Counted from the stretch's first letter, positions 1 through 10,270 are shown. The stretch is DNA of 32,814 nucleotides from Fidelibacterota bacterium (GCA_049975265.1 JBNGDF010000015.1:1-32814); one strand, 5' to 3'. Made by a program: numbers and translations. Notes: generated from the letters alone by a model not told the origin.

Positions 1-181
1 TCTAACAGGGAATTATAATTGTCGTTGTCAAGGAATTATAAATGTCGTCAATCATGTGGGAAGGATTGTCAACTATCTGTCCAAATATCATAATCTTGTC
101 ATCGGGGTTTCTATCCTGCTTGAATTACAACCAAACATTTATGCTAAATCTGATCCGTACGCCAGTCTTAATAATATAGAG

Positions 182-210
182 AAAAGCCCGATTGTAATCA
201 CCGGGCTTTT
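182..210 (-). terminator. Probable intrinsic terminator downstream of the S8 peptidase gene, possibly bidirectional
   Basis: Inverted repeat AAAAGCCCG...CGGGCTTTT, about 30 bp past the stop at 243, with A/T tracts on both sides. Confidence 0.75.
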
Positions 211-242
211 TTTAATTTAATAATATCTTAGTCTATAGATAA

Positions 243-3200
243 CTATTTCAATAACATAATCTTGCTGGATTTGGATTCATTCCCAAATTGCACGTTTATG
301 AAATAGATACCTGACGTCAGGACTATTCCAGAGTTGGATTTTCCATTCCAGGTCAGGTTGTAATATCCCGGCATCGAATGTTTTGTATTTTTATAAAACA
401 CTTCGCGCCCCAGTACATCGTAGATACGAACAGAGACCTCTCCTGTTTTTGGAATCGAATAGGGAATATTGACAGTGGCATTGAACGGATTCGGGTAAGC
501 GGACAATAACTTAAATTTATCCGGCACAGGTAATCCTTCATCAACCGCGAGAAAATCCCGATCGGCAATAATATACATATCATCCACTATCAGTCCCCAA
601 CGGTTCAGGGTGCCCGGATTGTCATCGGTCAAAAAGCGAAAACGAATTAAAATTGGTTCGTGTCCCTCTCCACAATAAGGTGTCAAATTAACATCATATC
701 GCTCCCAGCTTTTCGCCCGGGCAGCCATTATAACCCTGGTTTCCCATTCACCATCACCTTCTTTGATTTCAAAGAAAGCGCTGTCGCTGCTGGACTGGAA
801 CTTCAGTGTTGCATAATACGACAGCCAGGCTGCTGTTCTGGACGATAAATCGATCGCATAGTGCAGTTCTACGCTGGTATTCTGATTTTGTGGATATTCT
901 GAACCATCTCCGGTGATGAGTGCTCCATTACCATTATATACCAATAACGAATCGGTAGTATGAGACCAGACATTACCATCATTATACCAGCGATTGATAT
1001 CGGTCTCAAAATTATCAATCATGGCACTATCACTAATCAAAATAGTCAATTCACCGCTTTCCGGATATCTTCCATAGTTCTTGATTGCCGCTTTGTCATT
1101 AAAGGTAAGATAATAATCAATACTGGTACCCTCAGCAACAGTGCCCGGTAACAGTATATTACCTTTCCAGATATTTTTAGCAAAATAATCGAGATATATC
1201 GAATCACTGTAACCAGTCGAAGCGCTGTAATGCACACTCACATTATTTGTATCAACGCTGACAAAATCATCCAGCATAAATGCAACGGTGTATTCACCGG
1301 ACAGGTCAACCGTTTGATCCTGATTAAAGAGTGTTTCGGCAAGAGGTGGTTCGCTGTCAACTCCCGAGTGAAATTTGATCACTTTCCGCGTATTATAGAA
1401 GCCTTCCGTTGTCTTAAAGAATGCAAAATATTCAATATCAGCCTCACCGGATACAATTGGAATATCAACATTATAATCACCATTACCCTGATCAATCATC
1501 ATCAGATTTTGCCAGGAGGATTCGTTGACCCGATACCAAAGATCCATTATCTCAATAGTTTTATCTGTATTGACCTTTACCGTGACGGTAAAAGGTCCTT
1601 TATCCTCGGTATTTTTTAACTCTGACAACTGTACTTCCAGCTGCGCGAAATGATTCACGATTTGTTTAGTGATTTCTTGACGAATATGATAATCTCGAAT
1701 TGCCTCCAAGCCACCAAAAGCAAAATAAACGGTAGAATATGGGTTATCATTACCGACTGCGGCGACACTCCCATTGCTGTAATTCAATAATGAATAGGCG
1801 CCGGTCCGAGGTGATATTTCATCGGGATATTGGTTATCGGCAGCTCTGTCCATTAGATAAAATTCAAAGGTTGGCAAATTGAAGAAACCATTGTCCCCGG
1901 ATACAGTCAGCGGACTACTACCACCGTCATCGGAAATATAATCCACATACAGATAATTTTCTAACCAGGTTTTAGATTCTCCACTCGTATTATACCATTC
2001 ATTCGATGTGCTCGTCTCGTCAGCCAGGTCCCAGGCTACATCCTGTCCCGATATAAATAAATTTCCACCATTTTCGAGATAATCAGACAATGCTGAACGA
2101 TCCTCCGATGCCAGTGATGGAAACGCCCATTCACACGCCCAGAATACAATCGGGAATTTATTAAGGTAATCTGCGCTGATTGTATCGCTATTTAACCAGT
2201 AGCTATAGACAATCCCCAGGTTTTTGAAGACTTCTTCATAGTAATTACGAATTTCCATATCGGTACCATCACCGCCACCGATGTGATCATCTACAAAGAG
2301 CATGAGGGGATGAACGGCTATCTCAAATGTAAAAGTGTCGGAAATCATTGAATTTTCCACGACGATATTCATTGGTATCATCGAGGGCGGCAAAGCATCG
2401 TTCAGCGTGACTTTAAACGGTGCAGATTCATTTGTATGATCAAAATCGGCATTCTGAATTCCATATAATGAATCCAGGATAACCTGCCCGGTATTAATTG
2501 TCAGGCGGTCCTCACCTTCTTGTGCCAAAAGTTTTACTGTAACCGCACCGGCTGGCGCCCAACGGTTTTTTATATGAAAGACGATGTCAACGGTTTCTCC
2601 GGGATCGGCGATGCCATTATTATTACCTGCAACGTCTACAAAATCAACCCGCTCCAGTGATAAATTGGGTTTTGGCACCGCCGTTTCTGTCAGTGCTCGA
2701 TAGGCATTTACCATCCCTCCCAGCAATCCTTCATATCCCGGATTCAAATCATCAATATTATCGGCTGTGCCAACCACCTGATAATATGCTTCACTCGCAG
2801 TGAAATCGGGAAAATGCGAACGCACCAATCCCAAAACACCGGCGACAACCGGAGCAGCCATTGAAGTCCCGGACATACGGATAAAAAATCCACCCGGTTT
2901 CAAACTCATAATCCCTTCCGATAGTCCGGAGCCACCGGGAGCGGCAATATTGGCATCAAGTCCATAATTAGAATAGTCGGTTTTGATATTGTTGTTATCA
3001 ACAGCCGTAACAGTTAAAGCCCACGGAACAGTGCCTAAAGCATCACCAATGATAACATTTTCATTTCCAGCAGAAGTGGTAATGGCCACGTCATTCTCGA
3101 AAGCATACCGGGCGCCTTCCAGTACCGCCCGGCTGGTTCCGTAGCTTAGATTGGCGACCTTTGCGCCATGATCAGCTGCATAAATGAACGCTTCCGACAT

Positions 3201-4076
3201 CCAATCGGAACGACCATAACCATTGCCATCGTTTGACAACCAGCCAATCCGAAGGGGCATGATACTACAGCCCCAGGATACACCAGCCAAGCCGACACCG
3301 TTATTGGTTATTGCCCCTGCAATACCGGCACAGTGTGTTCCGTGACCATTGACATCCATCGGGTCATTATCCTCATCTTCCCCATCCTCTCTTGGAGAGG
3401 CGTCACTATCTTCTTCACCACTGACACCGGTAACCCAATCCCATCCGATAAAATCATCGGTAAAACCATTTTCATCATCATCAACACCATTGGAATCGGC
3501 AGCAGTGATTAAGCCATCGCCGTTGATATCTTCGCCCGGATTGATCCAGATTCTATCCGCCAGATCAAAATGCAGATAATCCACACCACTGTCAATTATG
3601 GCAATCACAACCGATGAATCCCCTTTATCAACCTCCCAGGCTTCAGGCATATAAATCTGCGGTAGGTGCTGCTGAAGATAATAATACTCGTCATTGGGAA
3701 CGACATGCTGGGGGATAATATAGACCGGCTCCGCCCACTCCACACCAGAGTCCTGCTGAAGCTCCGCACAGAGTCGTTTTATATCGGTTCCGGGATGAAC
3801 CTGGACGGTATAAATACGATCAATACCAATGGATTTGGCTTTTGCAGGTGATTGAAGCATTTTCGTATCTACCAGCGGCTTTACCGCTTCTCTGATCCCC
3901 TTCGCCAAACTGATTTTTGTTGATAAGGATGATATGGAATAGATATCAGTTGTCTGTCTGGTTAATTTGACAACAACCTGGTCTGGTAAATACTGATAAT
4001 CCGGACCTTGTTGCGGAACAGCAATTAAAAGTTGTCCCAGAAACATACCTAGGAAAATTGTCACACTCTTTTTCAT
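243..4076 (-). CDS. Secreted S8 (subtilisin-like) serine peptidase with accessory domains and a T9SS type-A-like C-terminal sorting domain
   Basis: Signal peptide and propeptide. Intact triad motifs IIDSG, HGTHCAG, GTSMAAP and oxyanion SAGN. Followed by a GGNL alpha/beta module, Ig-like modules and a MAM/cleaved-adhesin-like domain. CTD is YPNPFN...SGIYF...KIMLLK. Confidence 0.92.
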   Translation of the reverse strand: MKKSVTIFLGMFLGQLLIAVPQQGPDYQYLPDQVVVKLTRQTTDIYSISSLSTKISLAKGIREAVKPLVDTKMLQSPAKAKSIGIDRIYTVQVHPGTDIKRLCAELQQDSGVEWAEPVYIIPQHVVPNDEYYYLQQHLPQIYMPEAWEVDKGDSSVVIAIIDSGVDYLHFDLADRIWINPGEDINGDGLITAADSNGVDDDENGFTDDFIGWDWVTGVSGEEDSDASPREDGEDEDNDPMDVNGHGTHCAGIAGAITNNGVGLAGVSWGCSIMPLRIGWLSNDGNGYGRSDWMSEAFIYAADHGAKVANLSYGTSRAVLEGARYAFENDVAITTSAGNENVIIGDALGTVPWALTVTAVDNNNIKTDYSNYGLDANIAAPGGSGLSEGIMSLKPGGFFIRMSGTSMAAPVVAGVLGLVRSHFPDFTASEAYYQVVGTADNIDDLNPGYEGLLGGMVNAYRALTETAVPKPNLSLERVDFVDVAGNNNGIADPGETVDIVFHIKNRWAPAGAVTVKLLAQEGEDRLTINTGQVILDSLYGIQNADFDHTNESAPFKVTLNDALPPSMIPMNIVVENSMISDTFTFEIAVHPLMLFVDDHIGGGDGTDMEIRNYYEEVFKNLGIVYSYWLNSDTISADYLNKFPIVFWACEWAFPSLASEDRSALSDYLENGGNLFISGQDVAWDLADETSTSNEWYNTSGESKTWLENYLYVDYISDDGGSSPLTVSGDNGFFNLPTFEFYLMDRAADNQYPDEISPRTGAYSLLNYSNGSVAAVGNDNPYSTVYFAFGGLEAIRDYHIRQEITKQIVNHFAQLEVQLSELKNTEDKGPFTVTVKVNTDKTIEIMDLWYRVNESSWQNLMMIDQGNGDYNVDIPIVSGEADIEYFAFFKTTEGFYNTRKVIKFHSGVDSEPPLAETLFNQDQTVDLSGEYTVAFMLDDFVSVDTNNVSVHYSASTGYSDSIYLDYFAKNIWKGNILLPGTVAEGTSIDYYLTFNDKAAIKNYGRYPESGELTILISDSAMIDNFETDINRWYNDGNVWSHTTDSLLVYNGNGALITGDGSEYPQNQNTSVELHYAIDLSSRTAAWLSYYATLKFQSSSDSAFFEIKEGDGEWETRVIMAARAKSWERYDVNLTPYCGEGHEPILIRFRFLTDDNPGTLNRWGLIVDDMYIIADRDFLAVDEGLPVPDKFKLLSAYPNPFNATVNIPYSIPKTGEVSVRIYDVLGREVFYKNTKHSMPGYYNLTWNGKSNSGIVLTSGIYFINVQFGNESKSSKIMLLK

Positions 4077-4226
4077 GGCTACCTCTTCTTTTTCAACAGC
4101 TAAATATATTGCCGGTTTTTATATATAAATATGATTCTATTCACATTAACACATCCAACGACTTGAAATATAATAAAAATGATTAATGAAACAAACATTC
4201 TGAACAACAATTCAGCATATAGCACT

Positions 4227-4254
4227 AAGGGGCTGGCCTGACCGCCAGCCCCTT
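4227..4254 (-). terminator. Hairpin, probable terminator after the 4280..5518 gene
   Basis: AAGGGGCTGGC-ctgacc-GCCAGCCCCTT perfect 11-bp stem. The U-tract on the minus strand is weak. Confidence 0.65.
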
Positions 4255-4279
4255 TTGATAATTTCCGTCAAATCGGGTA

Positions 4280-5518
4280 CTATTTTAAAAGTAGACCCTT
4301 GCGAACTTGCTGATAACTACCTGCCTGCATCTTTATTAGATAAAGACCGGAGCTGGCATTCGTTGCATCCCATATAATGGAATATTTTCCCGGTTGAAGC
4401 ATTGTATTTTCCAACTCTTTTATTAAGCGTCCATTAACATCATAGACCGACAGGATAACCGGACTGGATTCAGCAATCTCATATCGGATCGTTGTCACAG
4501 CATTAAATGGATTGGGATAATTGGGTAACAAACAGAAATCTGTTGGAGTTGCATTCGATGGCTCCTTAACCCCGGTCGTCGTATATTGGATTTCCAGGCG
4601 CGGCCAATACTGTTGACTGTCGGAATCAGCTGAATAGAAATCAAGACAATCATAACGAAAATCCTGGTCTGCCGGGATTGGAAATGCCAGCCGATATTGG
4701 CTATATTGCCGTTGATTTGAAATATCGTCAATAACTTGTCGGGTTACATCCAATTCACGAAATCCAATCTCCGGCGTGGTAGAGATGTACCCGATATCGG
4801 ACTCCAAAGTCTGGGAATCACCCTCGTCTCCAGCTGTCCAATGTCGCGGTTCCAGACTATCACCAATGCAGATATGAGATACAGTACAATATGTCGTATC
4901 TCCATTAACTATTAATACCGGGTATTTACCTAAACTACCATCTCCAAATGATTGTTCCTGATATACCAATAAAGTAGCTGAAATTATTGTCTGATTATTA
5001 ACAAATGATGAAATATTAAAGGATAAAAAAGCCCTGTATCCATATTGATCGATATGCTGATTACTTTCATCGTCACCAACACGTAATCTCATTCCATTTC
5101 TCCTTACGTAATATATATCACTACCAGTATGTAAAGTCTGAATATCTCCATCATTTTTTGTTTCACAATATATGACTGTATCGGAATTATTACATGATAT
5201 TTTCCATAAAGGAGATGTACCCTGGTACGTCACATCGGCTGTATAACTTGAAGAATTACCACGATAATCAATTGCACATACGCTGGAATATGCTTTAACA
5301 CTATTTATTGCCAGTTCATTTCTTCGGTTCAAACCATATCTTTCAGAAATTTCATTAATTCGCTCATCATTCGTTCGAACAAAACCGGCTCCATTCTTTT
5401 CAACCGTTATCGGATCAGCTAAGTGAAGTATCAACTCACCTTTTCGATACGAGTTCTTTGAGAATAACCCAGTCACGAAAAGCAGTACAATAAAGAGCAT
5501 AAAAGGTTTGCACTTCAT
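4280..5518 (-). CDS. Secreted T9SS CTD protein with a DNRLRE-like domain; N-terminus looks mosaic or truncated
   Basis: ATG at 5518 (MKCKPF) has GGAGGG upstream, and a signal peptide follows. DNRLRE-like pattern LRVGD...RAFLSFNIS...IISATLLVY...LDVT...PRLEIQY. CTD NYPNPFN...SGLY...KGLLLK. Confidence 0.75.
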   Translation of the reverse strand: MKCKPFMLFIVLLFVTGLFSKNSYRKGELILHLADPITVEKNGAGFVRTNDERINEISERYGLNRRNELAINSVKAYSSVCAIDYRGNSSSYTADVTYQGTSPLWKISCNNSDTVIYCETKNDGDIQTLHTGSDIYYVRRNGMRLRVGDDESNQHIDQYGYRAFLSFNISSFVNNQTIISATLLVYQEQSFGDGSLGKYPVLIVNGDTTYCTVSHICIGDSLEPRHWTAGDEGDSQTLESDIGYISTTPEIGFRELDVTRQVIDDISNQRQYSQYRLAFPIPADQDFRYDCLDFYSADSDSQQYWPRLEIQYTTTGVKEPSNATPTDFCLLPNYPNPFNAVTTIRYEIAESSPVILSVYDVNGRLIKELENTMLQPGKYSIIWDATNASSGLYLIKMQAGSYQQVRKGLLLK

Positions 5519-5723
5519 AGCACCCTCCATTATGTAATAAATATATGGTCTGCATTACATATAATCAAGTCAGTGTATAAAATCCGAAGCAGGTAAAATA
5601 TTTAGATTCACCGGTAATTTTATATATTTTTGAGTCTCTATCTCGCATTTGATTGAGTTTTTAGTTATCGCCAAATATAAATTGAATCATTTTTCTTTTT
5701 TAGTTAAGAAATTACATGCTCTT

Positions 5724-5762
5724 TAACAAAAGAGGCTGGCAAATGCCAGCCTCTTTTGTTAA
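5724..5762 (-). terminator. Intrinsic terminator after the 1088-aa gene
   Basis: TAACAAAAGAGGCTGGC-aaat-GCCAGCCTCTTTTGTTA long perfect stem with U-tract, about 20 bp past the stop. Confidence 0.85.
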
Positions 5763-5780
5763 TATCCGCTAAATCGGGTA

Positions 5781-8700
5781 CTATTTCAGGAATACCATCT
5801 TGGCGGTCTTGGTGAAAGAACCAGCCTGAATCTGGTAGAAATAAATACCTGATCCGACCATGTGACCGCTATCGTCGCGACCATCCCAATGGACGAGGTA
5901 ACGACCAGCAGTTCTGTAATCGTTAACCAGTGTTCTGACACTCTGACCCAGCATATTGTAAACGGTCAGGCGAACGTTCTGAGCACTGGGCATCTCAAAT
6001 GCAATCGAGGTGGTCGGGTTGAACGGGTTCGGGAAATTCTGCTTCAGCGCAAACGCCTTCGGCAGAGCTTCAACAACCGGATCAATCGCATTTCCTGTAT
6101 TAAAAACACTAATGACATTGGTTAAAAACGCATCGCGATTATCATCATCCATCGCCGCCAATGGGAACGGCAAAATAATACGCTGGGAACCGGGATACAT
6201 ATTCTTCTCCCACCATACGTAATAACAATCCCAATTACTATACCATACGCCCCAGGTAGGATCCCAGACATCAAGAATCGGTGTAGAGTTCCAATCAACT
6301 GGGTCAATGATATCGCCCATATACCCAAACGGCAATTCAGACAGATATAGTTCTGCGTCCATATTAGCTACAAGTGGCTCGCTTTCGGACCCCGGAAAAA
6401 TTCGGAGTGTGTCATTCTCCCTATCCGGTGCGTACCAGGAGACACCTAACACATCATAAACCGATTGTCCTGGAGTGGTAGTAACATAACCATCCCAACC
6501 AAGCAGAGTTCCAATCATTTCTTCTGATGAGAAAAGCAGGTTGCCACCATTTTCAATAAACGGCATGAACGGATTATCTGCAGTTGCATACGGAAAAGAC
6601 TCAACCCAGTCCGCATAACCGTGCCAGATCACTGATTCATACTGATCCAGGAATCCGACATAGGATGGCGGTACAGAACCATTGGCATCCACATCATACT
6701 TATCATAAGAAGCACCGATTCTGTTAAGGGATGCAACTACGATTGAATCTACATTGCCACCATAATACCAATCATAGGGATCATCTCCGCAATAGAGCAG
6801 GTCATTGGCCGGTGTGAAGTCGATCTTGCTGAATCCCCAGGGACCGGCAAAGCCGTTCAGACCGTCGTTATCAGTGGCTTTGACCTGAAAGAACAGGGTA
6901 TCGCCGATACTCAGTGCCGGGATAGAACCTTCATAGACATCGCCATTGGCGGCCATTGTGGCATAGGTATAACTTTCACCGTCAGTCGATGTACCCAGCT
7001 CCACGCTGGTAACCGTTCCATCACCATCTGTGGCAGTTGCAACAACATCATATGGACCGCTGTTTGCGGCAACCACATAGCGGGGACCTAATTCGATATT
7101 GACTAACGGTGCGGCTTTCTCACCGAAGAAGTCGAGAATATTCTTGACTACGGTTTCAAACTGATCCAGATCGGCTGCCGCTTCCAAATACCAGGGGATA
7201 AAGACAGTTTTAAAAGTGCCGTTGTACATCGAGGAAGATTCAACCCAGTCATTATCTTCTTCACTCCAAACGTAGAAGGGACATTCAGCACCAGCTGCCG
7301 GAGCAACTTCATCCGCCCAGCTGGCGTAGGAACCCATCAGTTCATAATACTTGGTCATTGGCATCGTCATCAATGTATCATCACCAAGAAAACCGGAGAT
7401 GGCATTACCAGCCTCACCAATATACAAAGAATCGGCACTGTTACCGTCTTCATCAGGATTAGAATCACTGTTATATTCAGCAACTTTCAGGTAGTCAGTA
7501 ACAAACGAATATGTAGCAGTTTTCCAATCTCCACTGAAATCATCACCATGTACAATTCCCAGATAATCGGAACTGACCAGAAGCATATTGCCGCCGGCGT
7601 CCAGATAATCGGGAACCACGTCAACATCCAGACCGTAGCTGTACAGACCACCACCGGTCCCCTGACCCTGCAGCCAGAACAATGAAGTATAGTTCTGCAG
7701 GATACAAAGAGACGGAGCGCCCAGTGTGGCGATATCCCAGGAATCGTAAATCCAGCCACCTTTATCCAATACACTTTCATACATAGCGACATCCGCAGCC
7801 GAGCCATCCGCCAATACTAAAATACTGGCATCCGGATTAGCTTCAAGAACCAGGAATGATTTGGGTGTGGTTTTACTTGTGTGGGTAACCGGATCGGCTG
7901 AATTGTCGGCGCCGTTATCCTCGGCGTAGATATAATAGAAAATCTCGGTACCAACCGGATGGCTGGGAATTTCACCGGTATAGACATCACCGACTTTATT
8001 GGCGGTGATATCAATGGTATCCGCATCGGAAATCTCTTCGGTGAAATAGATTAAATTTACCTTTGTCACCGCACCGGTAAATACATCTGTACCAATGTCA
8101 GTAACAGTCGCCGAGACTTCATAAGGACCCGGATCACAGGAATAATACTGAGTGGGGATTTCTGTGACATTCTGAATGTCCGGCGGTGGATCACCATAAT
8201 ATTCGACAAGGACCCTTACCGAATAGTTCAGACGGCTGACCCAGTTGGGTGTACCGGGTGAATAGGTACCTCCATCATGATACCATTTGAAGCTGTGGTA
8301 ATCACCAGGGGCGTGCTGTTCTTCAGCCGGACCATAATACACATCAGCATCATCGGTATTTCCTTCCGGGAATTCGAAGGCAACAAAGAAATCCCGCTTG
8401 CCGACGTCAATCGGATCCTGGAAATTTTCAATGTTCACCACCGTCCAGCCGGTTTCTTCATTAAACCCGGTCTGGGTAACATTCATCTGAAACTCTCCCA
8501 GAAGGGCTCCGGTTGGACTCGGAATAATTTTCTTGTATTCCGTGAAACCGTACTGTCCGTTTCCGCCAATTCCGGGAATATCATCCTTGACATCAAAAAT
8601 CCGGACATCAAATGTGGCGCCCAGATTCTCATTGCTACCGTCATCGGCAAACAAAACCTCAACTTTTTTGATCTTGCATTCAGTCGCCGGACGGAACCAG

Positions 8701-9047
8701 ACCCCCAGACTGTCGGTTCCCGTAAAAATGAACTGACCGACAATATCCCGGAAATAGTTGATATAGGCATCAAAGGCATTTGCCAGATGAAACTCACTAT
8801 CAATATTCCGGACAACATTCTTGGGAAGCGGTATCAGTTCGGAATCCGTTTCCCGCATTGGAATAGTTCGTTCCGCTCTCTGGGGAACGATCCTTTCACT
8901 CGCTTTCATGCCACGCATTGATTCTTTCCACTTGGCTATCTCGGCATTTGATGGTCCGAGGTAGGTCTCGACCTTTGCATAGGCAAAACCAGCCGCCAAA
9001 GCTACAATCAATAGCACGGCTACACTACGACTTAACAACCTTATCAT
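5781..9047 (-). CDS. Large secreted modular protein (two GGN[LM] alpha/beta modules and Ig-like modules) with T9SS type-A-like CTD; function unknown
   Basis: AGGAGG RBS and signal peptide ending AYA-K. Internal duplication YLDAGGNMLLVS / FIENGGNLLFSS. CTD QNFPNPFNP...SGIYFY...KMVFLK. Confidence 0.8.
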   Translation of the reverse strand: MIRLLSRSVAVLLIVALAAGFAYAKVETYLGPSNAEIAKWKESMRGMKASERIVPQRAERTIPMRETDSELIPLPKNVVRNIDSEFHLANAFDAYINYFRDIVGQFIFTGTDSLGVWFRPATECKIKKVEVLFADDGSNENLGATFDVRIFDVKDDIPGIGGNGQYGFTEYKKIIPSPTGALLGEFQMNVTQTGFNEETGWTVVNIENFQDPIDVGKRDFFVAFEFPEGNTDDADVYYGPAEEQHAPGDYHSFKWYHDGGTYSPGTPNWVSRLNYSVRVLVEYYGDPPPDIQNVTEIPTQYYSCDPGPYEVSATVTDIGTDVFTGAVTKVNLIYFTEEISDADTIDITANKVGDVYTGEIPSHPVGTEIFYYIYAEDNGADNSADPVTHTSKTTPKSFLVLEANPDASILVLADGSAADVAMYESVLDKGGWIYDSWDIATLGAPSLCILQNYTSLFWLQGQGTGGGLYSYGLDVDVVPDYLDAGGNMLLVSSDYLGIVHGDDFSGDWKTATYSFVTDYLKVAEYNSDSNPDEDGNSADSLYIGEAGNAISGFLGDDTLMTMPMTKYYELMGSYASWADEVAPAAGAECPFYVWSEEDNDWVESSSMYNGTFKTVFIPWYLEAAADLDQFETVVKNILDFFGEKAAPLVNIELGPRYVVAANSGPYDVVATATDGDGTVTSVELGTSTDGESYTYATMAANGDVYEGSIPALSIGDTLFFQVKATDNDGLNGFAGPWGFSKIDFTPANDLLYCGDDPYDWYYGGNVDSIVVASLNRIGASYDKYDVDANGSVPPSYVGFLDQYESVIWHGYADWVESFPYATADNPFMPFIENGGNLLFSSEEMIGTLLGWDGYVTTTPGQSVYDVLGVSWYAPDRENDTLRIFPGSESEPLVANMDAELYLSELPFGYMGDIIDPVDWNSTPILDVWDPTWGVWYSNWDCYYVWWEKNMYPGSQRIILPFPLAAMDDDNRDAFLTNVISVFNTGNAIDPVVEALPKAFALKQNFPNPFNPTTSIAFEMPSAQNVRLTVYNMLGQSVRTLVNDYRTAGRYLVHWDGRDDSGHMVGSGIYFYQIQAGSFTKTAKMVFLK

Positions 9048-9082
9048 TAAGGCCTCCTTTCTTACTTGTGTTCTTTTTCACT

Positions 9083-10270
9083 TTATAGATATTCCTCCAA
9101 AAGTTTTACCAATTCGAGAAATTCATCGGTTCTTTTATATGTAACTTCATAATTTCCATAGGAATATGAAATTACAAAGGGATTCCCTGAAATAATATAA
9201 TCTCCGGTGCCGGTCATTTTCACATAATTCCATTCAAAAGTTGTCGGAATAACACTGCCCGATGCATCATAAATCCACCACACCAATTCTTCATCCAGGG
9301 TATCCAGATGGAAAGAGGTGACATTGAATACACCAGCCCGGCTTGTCGCGACATAATAACCCTGGGGTCCGAAAATATTGGACTGAAAGAAACTCAAACA
9401 GGTATCGGTACGGACCGGGTAATCAAAATCCTTTAATGGTGCAAATTCCATCCGGTTATGCCCCTTGAGATGATAATCAAAAATTACCGCCTCATCAGCC
9501 GGGGCGTAATCGGTCCACGATGTATCGCCCCCGGTAACAACAACACTTTTATCCTTTATATCCAGAATTTCCACCGCACCACCGCTGGGCAGAATTCCAA
9601 AGACCTTTCCATTGGCATCGGCTTGGAGATGAACCTCTTCGGTCACCGTTTCCAGCGTTGTGTCAGATTGTACGTCATATCCAATCACATCTATAACATC
9701 ACTAAAGCGATGCATCGAATAGTAGGAGTAAGCCACCAGTTTTTTTAAGGCGTTCACATCAAATCCGGGATCATGTTCAGTACTGTAATCACTATTCAAT
9801 TTAAGGACAGAATCGGCATATTGCAAACCGGTTATCAATATTCCTTCGGCTTGTTCGTCAGTTAAGCTTTCATCAAGACGACCTTCCACCTGCTGAATAT
9901 ATTTTAAAAGAAACATCCCGGCATAGGCGTCAGCCTTGATTGTATCGTTGCCCTGTAAAGTTGCCAAACTGACTACAAAACTGAATTGCGATGCGGCACT
10001 GGAGAAATCCTTCTGCCTAAGGTACGTCCATGCTAGCCCGTTATAGGTTTCAGCAATTTCAGCATCTCTTTCTGCCACAGTGATAAAATGGCTTGCTGCC
10101 GCCGGATAATTGCCTGTCCGGTAGGCTTCCCAGCCTGATGCCAGTTCATCGGTTACATTCGTAAAGTCTGTCGGTATATCCGTGCTGAAATCTTCACCGC
10201 AATAGTAGAAAAGTGAGACCATTAACACCGTGGTCAGTATTCTCCATGTTTTATTGCTACGCGGTATCAT
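9083..10270 (-). CDS. Putative TPR-containing lipoprotein
   Basis: GGAGGT RBS. Hydrophobic stretch ends in FYY-C (possible lipobox). TPR-like helices GWEAYRTGNYPAAASHF and AETYNGLAWTYLRQKDFSSAASQF. Confidence 0.7.
   Translation of the reverse strand: MIPRSNKTWRILTTVLMVSLFYYCGEDFSTDIPTDFTNVTDELASGWEAYRTGNYPAAASHFITVAERDAEIAETYNGLAWTYLRQKDFSSAASQFSFVVSLATLQGNDTIKADAYAGMFLLKYIQQVEGRLDESLTDEQAEGILITGLQYADSVLKLNSDYSTEHDPGFDVNALKKLVAYSYYSMHRFSDVIDVIGYDVQSDTTLETVTEEVHLQADANGKVFGILPSGGAVEILDIKDKSVVVTGGDTSWTDYAPADEAVIFDYHLKGHNRMEFAPLKDFDYPVRTDTCLSFFQSNIFGPQGYYVATSRAGVFNVTSFHLDTLDEELVWWIYDASGSVIPTTFEWNYVKMTGTGDYIISGNPFVISYSYGNYEVTYKRTDEFLELVKLLEEYL

Noticed and set aside
8277..8921. 214-aa plus-strand ORF
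   Set aside because: Antisense to the well-supported 1088-aa gene.
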